A model generated the notes under the pieces. The model saw nothing but the letters and a program-made list of their open reading frames with translations, searched no databases and was not told where the DNA came from. Positions 50,791 through 61,940 of a stretch of DNA of 64,000 nt are shown here, one piece after another. This DNA comes from Centroscyllium fabricii (taxonomy: Eukaryota): NCBI GenBank assembly GCA_051313645.2, contig JBNRSN020000003.1, forward strand, positions 497,674,001 through 497,738,000. Direction: 5' to 3'. The translations under genes and the position numbers were made by a program. How positions within the stretch are numbered: the stretch's first letter is position 1; each line of letters begins with the position of its first letter.

Positions 50791-51674
50791 AGTAACCCAA
50801 CATAAGTATTAAGATTTTAATTTGCTCAATTTACTTTCTTTACAACTTTTTAAACAGGGCCCAAGTAAATGTTTGAATAATACTCCATATCATTTGTAAA
50901 TATCTCCCTTTTCTAATATTCTTACACCTATACATTGTATTTCCTATCTCACAGTAGCTTTAAGGATAACGTAATATGAATATTTGACAAATAGAGATAT
51001 GTTGTTTACTCTTGTTAACTAAAGGGAAGATCTTTGGCGCTGGATATTAGCTACAATAAACTTAGAACAGTTTTGTGATATCTGTGATTTGCCTGCTGAT
51101 AGTCAGTCAAGTTTCTCCAAATATATCCAATAGCTATCACGCTCAAATCTGTGAGACATCTGTCTCTTGCAGCATCCTATTGTTATGACGCCCCCTATAC
51201 AAAGAAGAACAAAAACTGTGCCATAGTTTAAAAGGAGGGTCATCGTCAAGGCCACTGATTTGCATTTTTCATGAAAAATGGACAGAATCGCAGAGTACAA
51301 GCCCCAAAATACAACTAAATGCTTGGGAACACCACATAAAAAAACAGAATTTAAACTTATTCAGATAACATAAAGCAATGAGCCTAGTTTTAAATAGACA
51401 GAACCTAAATACCAGTAAAAACTCCACAATCCCATATAATAAAAAGGAAATTTGATGTATTCAGTCATTGTAAACCAGTGCTCCTGGGTACCACCAATGC
51501 CCTTTAAAAAGAATAACGAACATCCTTTGTATTTCATTAATTTTTCTGCATTATCGTTTAGTGAGTGTTAACACCTGGACTGGAGGATTGGTTTGGAGAA
51601 GTGACTGAACTCGCCAACGTTGAATTCACCCCATACATATATAGTCACGCATTAATTCAGCAGTATGTCACTGA

Positions 51675-52033
51675 TGATTTTAAAATTCTCATCCTTGTTT
51701 TCAAACCCCTCCATGGCTTCGGCCTTCCCTATCTTTGTAACCTCCTCCAGCCCTGCAGCCCTCCGAGATCTCTGCGCTCCTCCAATTCTGGTCTCTTGCG
51801 CATTCCCCAATTTTAAATGCTTTGCCTTCAGCTGCCTAGGCCCTAAGCTCTGAAATTCCCTCCACGACTCTGCCTCTCTCTTTCCTCCTTTAAGATGCTC
51901 CTTTAAACCTACCTCTTTGACCAAGCTTTTGGTCACCTGTCCTAATATATCCTTATGTGGCTCGGTGTCATACTTTGTTCGATAAAGCTCCTGTGAAACG
52001 CAATGGGGTGTTTTACTATCTTAAAGGTGCTAT
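51675..52033 (+). mobile_element. L2-clade LINE 3' fragment
   Basis: Encodes FKILILVFKPLHG..LPYLCNLLQP..PPRSLRS. Ends GCTATATAAATGCAAGTTGTTGTTG, typical of L2-type 3' ends. Confidence 0.7.
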
Positions 52034-52499
52034 ATAAATGCAAGTTGTTGTTGCTTTATTTGTTGACGACCAGTTTAATAACTTAAACAAACAGGTTTTT
52101 CACAGTTTAAATGTAAGTATTGAACTAAACAATGAGAAAGAGAGAATAAGCTAACAGGTGTTAAGGTTCATTGTAATACTTAGTGTCACATTCTTAGGAG
52201 GACACCCTGATGGCTCAGTGGATAAATGTACCATGTGCTGTGGTATTGACTTGATGTCCTATTTACTGCCAGGTATGAGCTTTAACTTCAAAGGCAGTGT
52301 AGTAAAATAAACAAGTTAGCACCATCTCCAGAGGGGCTGAGACCTACCTAATGAGCTGGATTTTGCTTGCGCTTCCTGGTGGTTACATAACCACTGCTGC
52401 CCAAGGGAGAGGTCAACATACTGGAGAAGTTTGGGCTTTTCACCCTTGATCCTTGAAAGCAACTGAAAGATGACCTTACGCAGGTATAAAATCGATAGA

Positions 52500-52720
52500 T
52501 CTGGGAGATGACTTCAAACTAAACCATGACAAGGGCACACAGGTTCAAACCAGTAAATGGCAAATTTAGAATTTTTGTCAGGATGTTCGTCACCCACAGA
52601 TTGCTCAAAACACAGAATGGATTTCCAGATAGAACAGTGGAGACAATAACCTTAAAATTGTTCAAGAAACAATTGGGTGTCAGGATGTGAGAGATTGTAG
52701 GGTCTTTCTTCATTGATGAG
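52500..52720 (+). mobile_element. Highly degenerate CR1 3' fragment
   Basis: ACAAGGGCACACAGGTTCAAA...TTCGTCACCCACAGA...CAGAATGGATTTCCA resembles the CR1 ORF2 C-terminal coding end. Confidence 0.45.
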
Positions 52721-52926
52721 CCAGTCGTCCTCGTCTGTCCGTACTGTACTTATTTTATGATCTTGTGATCTTTGCTAGCTATTTGTACATCGGGTGGCTC
52801 AGCTCACTTGTACAGGTACAGGCCATTGATATGTCTCTCTAGTACTTGGGTTGTGCGAACCTTCCCAGCCATTGGTGGGGGGTGGGGGAGCATTATAGTG
52901 GTAAGAAACAAGTTACAAAATATAAT

Positions 52927-53763
52927 GGGCCAGAAATTCGGGTACCTAAAGCAGATGCCCACGGCGATGCCCACGAAAAATGCCCACGGATCCGAGATGC
53001 CCACGGATCCAAAACTTCCGATGCTGAGGGAAAAGGGCCCTCAGCATGATGCCCAGGAATGAGTTGCACCCAAAACTTCCGAATCAAAAAGGGTCATTTT
53101 TTTCAGTGATTCTGTGGGCAACAGAGCCCACAGATGCACTTGAAAAAAGCTTGAGTAACTCGGTGGTGAGGTAGAGAGAAATGTTCTTAAGCAAGGTAAG
53201 GTAATTTTTTAACTTTAATTTAAATTTTTTACAGTTTTTGGGAGTAGTGTGGCCAGATCGGTAACGTTAAATTTTTAAGTTAAAGTTTTTTTTAAAATTT
53301 AACAAATCCAATTTTAAGTTAATTTACCTGGTTGAAATCGCTAATTTTTAAAGTTACATTTGTGAAATTTTTAACTCTCTAGCTAATTTTTTTTTTTTTT
53401 AAATCTACGGAGAAAAAATGGCTGAACTTACCTGCCGTTTCTTCCTCTGAGCTGCTGCTGTGCCCCCGCGCTGTTCCCCGCGATTTTGTTATGCAGCTCC
53501 GCACTTACCTGCTCTCACTAAGGTCTGACTCGGGATCTCGGCATTTAAATTAGGGATCTGGTGGGCGTTTTCTATTTAAATTTGGGATCTGTGGGCGGGG
53601 CTTACACTTCGCACGTAACGTGGCTGGACTGCCACGTTGCGAACGAAGGGGGCGGAGCCAATCGCAAGTTTTGAGGGAAAAAAAACTCCGATGTTGCTGG
53701 GCTTCGTTAGTGCTCCGCATGGTCCTAGTTGCCCTCCAACCGGCAAACCCGAATTTCTGGCCC
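52927..53763. mobile_element. Harbinger-type MITE, unit 1 of tandem dimer
   Basis: TIR GGGCCAGAAATTCGGG ... CCCGAATTTCTGGCCC flanked by AAT on both sides. Confidence 0.85.
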
Positions 53764-53766
53764 AAT

Positions 53767-54601
53767 GGGCCAGAAATTCCGATGCCTAAAGCAGATGCCC
53801 ACGGAGATGCCCACGAAAAATGCCCACGGATCCAAGATGCCCACGGATCCGAGATTTCCGATGCTGAGGGAGAAGGGCCCTCAGCATCAAATGCACGAGT
53901 GAGTTGCACCCAGAAATTGGGCTCCAAAAGGGTGCTTTTTTTTCTGTGTTTCTGTGGGCAACGGAGCACTCAGATGCACATGAAAAAAGCTGGAGTAACT
54001 CATGGGTGAGGTAGAGAGAAACGTTCTTAAACAAGGTAAGTTACTTTTTTACCTTTAATTTTAAGTTTTAACAGTTTTGGGGAGTAATGTGGCCAGATTG
54101 GTAGCGTTAAATTTTTAAGTTAAAGTTTAAAAAAAAAAATTACAAATCCGATTTTAAGTTAATTTACCTGTTTCAAATTGCTAATTTTTAAAGTTAAATT
54201 TCTGAAATTTTTAACTATCTAGCTATAATAAAAAATCTAAGAGAAAAAATGGCAGACTTACCTAGCGTTTCTTCCTCTAAGAAGCTGCTGTGCCCGCGCT
54301 GCTCCCCGCCGAGTCTGTGAGTGCAGCTCCACACGTCCCTGCTCTCACAAAGGTCTGACTCGGGATCTGTGTGCATTTTTTAATTTAAATTAGGGATCTG
54401 GGGGCGTTTTTATTTAAATTTGGGATCTGTGGGCGGGGCATACACTGCGCACCTAGCGTGGCTGGACTGCCACATTGCGAACGAAGGGGGCGGAGCCTAT
54501 CGGAAATTCAAAGCATAAAAAAAGTCCGATGTTGGTGGGCTTCTTAAGTGCTCCGCATGGTCCTAGTTGCACACCAACCGGCAAACCCGAATTTCTGGCC
54601 C
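53767..54601. mobile_element. Harbinger-type MITE, unit 2 of tandem dimer
   Basis: Same TIRs and orientation, flanked by AAT at 53764-53766 and 54602-54604. Confidence 0.85.
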
Positions 54602-54907
54602 AATATTAAAACAATTATGGAGGTATAGCTTGTACAGTCCTTTTTCTGGTGCTTTGGCAATCACCATGCAATATAAATGGGGCAGCTTTGATGACACCAT
54701 GAAGCTATAGCAATATTGCAGCACCACATTTCACAGCATAAAAAGTTACTTTTACACTACTCTTCATTTAGGGCAAGTTCCTGGTAACCATCATTCATAT
54801 GTCAACACTGCTAACTCCAGCACCTATATCCCAACAGCAGACTTGCAGACCCATAATAAACTAGGTCATAGCAGTTTGTTGCCAGGATAAGATAACTGAA
54901 TTTAGTA

Positions 54908-55255
54908 CAGGTTGAGCACCGGTAATCCGGCACCCGATGGTCCGGCACCTTCAGTGGTCCAGCACGAATTGAAACCGGCGGTCTTCAGTTGGCGGAGCAG
55001 CCGCTCGGCAGCACCACTGTTTCCCGCGAAGGGTGGACGAGCGCCGAAGGCATCGGGCATTTGGGTTACTGCTTTTTTAGATTCTGGAAGTGTTCTATCC
55101 CCTGGCTCCCTCCTGGGGAGTGTTCTACCCGCGCGCTCCGGGCCCCGGGGAGTGTTCTACCCGCGTGTTGCCCCCGAACCTTCAGTGGTTCAGAATTTTC
55201 AATGGCTCGGCACTGGCCTGGTCCCGAGAGTGCCCGATTACCGGTGCTCAACCTG
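54908..55255. mobile_element. Tc1/mariner (pogo/Tigger-like) MITE
   Basis: TA|CAGGTTGAGCACCGGTAATC...GATTACCGGTGCTCAACCTG|TA: TIRs with TA target duplication. Confidence 0.85.
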
Positions 55256-56486
55256 TATTTTAAATTTAGGAAGCTAACTCATCGAGGGCGATCTCCTGGA
55301 ATTCAAGCAAAACAACTACCAGTATAAAGTTTATTTGTTATTGCACTTAGTTAGATGCAAGGACCACGAGTTACTGAAGTACAGGTTTCCACAGCTGACA
55401 GAAATCCCAAAGTAAAATCCCTCAATTGGGATACATTATCACAGCACACATTTAGAGCGTAGAAATCAGAGGTTTTATTGCATTAAATAAACAAATGACT
55501 GGATATGATTGTTGTATTGTGGCACTGAATTGATAGTATAAACCGAGAATTGGATAACATTTGACATTTATTAAATACACATTATAGCTTACACATGTGT
55601 AACATTGATGTTTTCCAATGTCATCCTGAGAGAGGATATTCTCCTTGGATAATAGACATGAAGAGGTGAAGTTGGCAGAAAAATGAAAGAATCCAGTATA
55701 TGTTCACCCATTCCTCTTTTCTGTAAGTGAACATCTTGTACTCTATAATTAGGTTTTCAGGATTTTGATGTTTTTTGAGGTTTGGGTATTATTTGAGTGA
55801 TATTTCACTTTCATCAAATTTGGTGTTTTTTCAATGTAAAAATTGTGTTTAAGAAAGTTTCACTCATAATCATTCTATTGATGAACTTTTTTTAGTAAAA
55901 CAGTACGAGAGTAAAAGGATAAAACAGTAGCTCTATCTACATCTTATTAAAATGAGGCATTTGTCGCAAACTGAGCTTGTAATAAATCATTTCAGTGTTT
56001 CCTTGGACATTCTTGCTCTCTCTTTCTGACCTGCAATGGTTTTCATCTCCGAGATCAGCTTTTCAACATTGGCACTTGACAACGACAAGGCCAAGATGGC
56101 AAAAACGCAGTCTGATAATTCAGGCCACGAATAATGCTTCCCTCACCAGAACCTGAAGGCCATTGTTTGCGGGGATGGGCTCAATCAGCAAACTATATAC
56201 ATATCATGCCAGAGGCATTAATAGCATGAAAAATAAACATGTGGGCCGTGATTTTATCGTTGGTGGCGGGTTGGGTGCGGGTCAGGTGGTCGGCGGGTTC
56301 TCGTCCCGTCGCCGCTTTCAGGCGGTCAGAAATTGCAATTTTGCCTTAATTGCTCCATTGAATTACTATGTGCGCACTACCCGGCCCAATTAGTGGTTTC
56401 AGGTCTGCAGCGTGCCTCGGCAGACGTCTGTGAGCCAGCTGCATGTAAGGGGCCCATGCAGCCTTGTTTCATTCTCTTATGATTTG

Positions 56487-59290
56487 ATGGTGGATTTCGT
56501 GTTGCCGACTGCTCCCGTGACTGCTGCAAGTGCCAAGGCCTCCCCCGGCTTTGATGATGACCCCCTCAATGCTCTTGTGGATGGAGGGTGCAAGGAGGTA
56601 CTATTCCCATCCTCTGGACAGAGGAAGCCTCCTCAGCAAAGCAAAGCAGCCTGGCTGCAAATTGCTCAGAAGGTCAGCTCCAGATCGTTGTATACTCGCT
56701 CCTGGGTCCAGTGCAAGAGAAGGTTCAATGACCTGGTACGCTTAGGAAAAGTGAGTATAACATCACACTTATCCTCAATCTGCTCCCCATCTCCTTTCAT
56801 CACCAACACTCTGCATTATCAACCTACTCCTGCACATTCCACTTTACCCTTACTTCCCTTGCACCCTTAACCATCCCTCTCACTCTATGTACACAATCAC
56901 TTCACTATTCCACTACGTTGCCCTCACATTCGCTATCACTGTTATGCAATGCCAACAACTAACAACACACAGGGAAGGCCCTTGGTGTTGGCACCTCACT
57001 CCATCTTTGTCTCCTTCTAAGCATCTATGTTATGGATTCTCTACACTCACTCCATCATTCTCATTCAAAACATCACTTGTGTCCCTCATTGCAGGAAAAG
57101 AGAGACCACAATAAGAGGGAGAGGGCTAGGACAGGAGGAGGGCCACCTTCTATTTCCCATATGACCAATGCTGAGGAGGTTGCACTCGAAATAATCAGAG
57201 TTGATGAGGATCTGCAAGTGGGGGGACAGTCGGATGGGCGCAGCAGAGCAAGCTGGTGACAGAATAGATTTGTATCTCTCTCATTTAGATTGCATGAGTG
57301 ACTGACATGACATCTGATACTCATACAGATTGACTTATGATCACCTGCACAATTCCATATTCCTGCTACGTTAATATCACATGCCTAACTCATGCCTTTA
57401 CTCCCCCACAGGACCAACGAGAGCCCCCCTCCTGACTGTCCAGGAGGAAGAGCCTAAAGACTCCTCAGAGGAAGCTGCAACCTCTGAGGGCGCAGCGTCA
57501 GCAGCATTAAGTGCACCCAGCACCAGCGCAGATACAGGTTGAGCACCGTTAATCAGGCAACCGAAAAGCCGGCAACTTCAGTCGTCCGGCACAAATCGCC
57601 CCGACTGCCCTGCGCATGCGCAAAATGGCCGCCGCGATCGAGGCTTCGGCGAATGAACTGTGCATGCGCTCGCCGTTCGGCGGTGCATGCGCAGATCATT
57701 CACTGAAGCCTCGATCGCGGCGCCCATTTTGCGCATGCGCAGGGCAGTCAGGGCGAACAGACAGGAGAGGGCAGGAGAGAGAGCGCAGCAGAGCCCACTC
57801 CAGCCTTTGATCCCGGCACAATCACACTCACCGTCCCGATGGCTTCAGGAGACGCCGACCCCATGGAAGGCAGCAGCGACTCGGACTCGGGAGGCCGAGA
57901 GCTCCGGCGCCTTGGAGTCACTGGGATACGAGGAGGAGAAGGAGGAGGCCTTCTCCGACCTGTCGGATGAGGAGCAGATACCCCACATCAGTGTTTACCG
58001 TGCACCCTCAACCACGCTTGAAACGGGGACAGGTCCCGCCTAGCTTGCTTTGATTGGGGGGGGGGGTGGCAGGAGGTTTGTGATTGGTGGAATGGCCTGT
58101 CAATCCCGTGGCTGGGGGGGGGGGGGGGGAGAGGAGCCTTGTGATTGGTGAAGCAGCCTGTAAATCCTGCGGCTAGGGTGCCAGGAGGCTTGTGATTGGT
58201 GGAGCAGCCTGTCAATCCTGTGGCAAGGAGAGGGAGGCGATTTTGTGATTGCAATGTTATGCGCATGCGCGTGGCCATTTTGAATGGTGCGCGCATGCGC
58301 ACTGGCCAACTTCATTCTTCCGGTTTTTTCGCAAAACCGGCCTGGGCCTAGTCCCGCCCGTGCCGGTATAACGGTGCTCAACCTGGATGCACACCTCGGT
58401 GGGACCTTCGTAAGATAGAGTAGTATTGTCACCTGGTGTATCACAGCTCACAAGTGAGCATCAGCAGATGGTGGAGACAGGGACAACAGTGGAGAGTCCT
58501 CGTGAGAGGCTGCAGGTTGCTCCCAGCTCTGCTCAGCTGCATGTGGATCCTGTGCCTCTGGGCCATCCAGAAAGAGAGTGGTGCTGGAACTCCAGGACCA
58601 AGTGCAAGAGTCTCTGGCAGGTTTTGCATCCAGGGTTACTGCGAGTGTGGAGAGGATGGAGGAATCCATGTCTAACATGAGCAGTGCCTTTGTGGAGGCA
58701 ATGGCACATGAATGCACCACCACGGAAAGGATGGCTGTGGTCATGGAGGAGATAAGTCACCAGAGTCAGTAAAACATGGTGAATGTTCAAAATAGATTGA
58801 CATCTCTGGAGGAGCAATGGGCAGCTATTGAGCAGAGAAACCACAGCTTCATGGAAGTCCTTTTGAGAAGGACTGCCAGGTCAGATACGGGTCCTCATGG
58901 CCCGCCTGATGTACAGCAAGGTGCTGTCCAGCCACTTGCTGGCACTGAAGTGGGCCTGACCCATGAGAAGGATGTTGGTGGCAGGCAACAAGGAAGGGTG
59001 GACTCCTCTCTAAGACCTCACACTCCCATTCCACTGCGTAGCCCTCAGTCAGAGCTCCACCAGAGTCCTCACCCAACTGAGATGGGCATCTCAGCCCCTG
59101 CACAGCTAAAGGAGGAGCAGACTGTTGCCGAGCAACTCACAGGCTCGCAACCCCAGAGGATGCCCGGCAAAGGTGTTGAAGCAGGAGCAGCATGAAAGTG
59201 AGCAAGGTGCCTCCACACCTGCTGAAGCCACAGGGGAAGCACTACGTAGAAGCACGCATAAGAGGAAGATAAAGCACAAGGATAGTCACT
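56487..59290 (+). pseudogene. Harbinger Myb/SANT-like DNA-binding accessory gene (spliced, disrupted)
   Basis: Exon ~56487-56750 (PGFDDDPLNALVDG...AAWLQIAQKVSSRSLYTRSWVQCKRRFNDL; donor GTGAGT). Exon 57095-57255 (EKRDHNKRERARTGGGPP). Exon from 57412 is interrupted by a MITE and has frameshifts. Confidence 0.8.
57535..58385. mobile_element. pogo/Tigger-like MITE nested in the Harbinger Myb gene
   Basis: TA|CAGGTTGAGCACCGTTA ... TAACGGTGCTCAACCTG|GA: same TIR family as 54908-55255, with the right TA degraded. Confidence 0.8.
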
Positions 59291-59548
59291 TGGATGTTCT
59301 GTTCTGTTGTCTTTTGTTGTGTTTAATATTTGGCATTGTCATCCTTTTGTGCATGTATTAAACAGAAGTGATGGCAAACAGCTGAAGTTCTGGCCTCTGT
59401 GTTCTGGGAAATAGAAGTTCCACATTGAGGGCTCAGGGCGATTTGTTTTTGTATTGATGGTGGTGAGAGTGACAGGAACCCACAGGTTCTTGTACATTGT
59501 GTCTGGTGTGATAAGAAGGTGCCAGCCACATGTGTTTGATTTGTCTAC

Positions 59549-60754
59549 CTAAGTGAATCTGGCAAAGATTAGTGCATCCCTTGCATCACGGGCAGCAATG
59601 TGCTCGTGTGCTGCTGGAGCTGGCTCATCTGCCTCCACAAGGTCTTCCTCCTCCTCCTCATCTGAGGAGGCTATGCACTGAGCCACTTGTTCCTCAGGTA
59701 GCTGCAAGCCACGATGCTGTGCAATGTTGTGCAGTGCACAGCAAACCACGATGATTCTGGATACCCTGGCTGCTGAGTACTGTAGGGCTCCACCTGATCA
59801 GTCAAGACATCTGAATTGCATTTTGAACAAGCTGATGGTTTGCTTGATGATGGCTCTGGTGGAAATGTGGCTGACATTGTAGCGCTCCTCTGCTTCATTC
59901 GATGGCCTCCTCAGTGGCGTCATTAGCCACGCCTTCAGGGGATAGACCTTGATTCCAAGTAGCCATCCGGAAAGTTGGGTTGGCGGATTGAAGAGCGGAG
60001 GCACACTAGACTGTCGCAGGATGAACGAGTCATGGCAACTGCCAAGGTACGTTGTGCAAAAATGTATAATGTTCTTCCTGTGGTTACACACCAACTGGAT
60101 GTTATGCGAGTGGAAGCCCTTGCGATCGACAAAAACAGCTGGGTTGTGATGGGGCGCCCTATGTGTGCAGTTTACAATGCCCTGCACCCTTGGCAAGCTT
60201 GCCAGCTTTGCAAAGCCAACTGCACATGCGGTTACACTTGCTTCATCCATGGAAAACTGGATGTAATTGTGCACCTTTGCAATGAGGGCATCAGTAACCT
60301 GCATGATGCACGTGTGTGCAGCTGACTGGGAGATGCCGCTGATGTCTTCAGATGAGCCCTGCAAGGATCCTGAAGCAAAAATTTGAGGGCGGTGGTGACT
60401 TTGACATCCACTGGTAAGGACTGTCCACCCACTCCTCTGGGCTCCAGGTGTTGGTGCAGCATTGCGCAGATGTCAGCGACTACCTCTCGCGGAAGTCTCA
60501 GCCTCCTTTGGCACTGCTGCTCAGTCATGTTGAGGAAGGTCATCCTCGGCCTGTAAACCCTGTGCTGGGGGGTATCTCCTGTGGCGAGGTGCAGCCCTGC
60601 GCTGATGCCCTCTGCTCTGCGCGTCATCAGGTGGGTGAGGAGGAGGTTGGCGTTCCTGTTGTTGCTGCTGCTGTTGTGCCTGGTTCTGCTGCTATCAGGG
60701 CTGCTCTTCCTCCGGATCTGACGACCAGGATGAAAGGGTATAAATGGTTCCCAT
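59549..60754 (-). pseudogene. Harbinger (HARBI1-like) DDE transposase, inactivated
   Basis: Fragments [94 protein letters not shown] across several frames. Catalytic acidic residues appear mutated. Confidence 0.88.
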
Positions 60755-61940
60755 GCTGCTGGTAGATATGTCAGTTGAGGAATAGAAGTTATAAGTGCTC
60801 AGTCAATGTGGGGAGAGGATTTTCCCAGGAGGTCACAGTGGAGATGGATCTCAGCTTAAACACTTACAAGATTAGTAGACCTGCAAAAAGTTTTGCAAAA
60901 CCTGAAAAAACAAAGTTATGCCATCTGTAAGTGAGCCTTGTTGAGAGCTTTGTTTTTGTACTGGAGCTGCAGCTGTCAAGAAGGCAGCCACTTGGTGAAC
61001 TGGGTACAATCAGCTGGCGTGGTTTGGGAACGGCGTGGAACACACAGAAAATGTGCAAAAATCGAAAACCGCTGTTAAAATAGGATTATCCAGACAGTTA
61101 ACAAGCTGTTAACTGCCTTAAGGGCCTCTCCCACCCCTTGGTGGCAGGGCCGATCGGGACTCACAGGGCCGGCATTTGGCAAAGTGGCATGGAGGCGGGA
61201 TCGGAACCCGCCATCAATCAAAGTGATTTTACCCTTTGACCCGCCTCCAAACCTGCCCTCTCAATGCCAATAAAATCGCGGCCGTGGTCTTTAGAGCTGA
61301 AGAGAATGCACTGTTTCTATATGGGTCAATGACTAGTACTGAATACCAGAGCAATGCTTTATCCACTTCAAAAGGCATTGTAGGTGTGATATTTCATGAC
61401 AGTGATGCTTGTCATTTGTCATGCTTGGCGTCCAAAAGAACCCTAAAGCTAGTCCCAGCACAAACACAGAAAGCTCTTTCCCTCAAGTGGAATTCTAGCA
61501 TCATCCCAACTATATTGAATACCTCTGGCCTTTTTGTTATTTCCATGACAGAAGACATATTCTCACTTAGAAATTGCAATATAAAATAAATCACTTTTCT
61601 CTTCACTTCACTGTCACCATGGTTACATAAACCTTCACATTTCTTTCCAGTTGCTTCTTCACTAGACAAAATGTACGTGAAGGAGTGCCACATTGCAAGC
61701 AACAGGTCAACTGCTGCAATCACTGAATGTTGTTGTTTCTATAACACAGTTATGATGACTCTTAGCTTAATTCTCCTTTGATGGTAAACTGTAAAATATT
61801 TTTGTTTCAGTCAATGTGTATACTTAAATAAAGTATCTACACAAGTGGGCGATGCAATGGATTAGACATTGGCTTTTCACCTCTGCAACTTGTCAAAATA
61901 AGAAGAAAGTCTTTCCTGTCCGTTGGCTGTAAGTGTTGTG

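Larger units (their letters stand above)
56244..61283. mobile_element. Full-length but decayed PIF/Harbinger DNA transposon
   Basis: TIRs GGCCGTGATTTTAT / ATAAAATCGCGGCC. 3-bp TSD GTG (56241-56243, 61284-61286). Two convergent genes. Confidence 0.9.

Noticed and set aside
59549-60754. Domesticated host HARBI1 gene
   Set aside because: Frameshifted, lies within TIRs and a TSD, and is paired with a Myb-like gene. It is a decayed transposon.
61845-61935. Possible ancient tRNA-derived SINE head (also ~52205-52260)
   Set aside because: Only a vague A-box-like resemblance. Too degenerate to support a call without a profile search.
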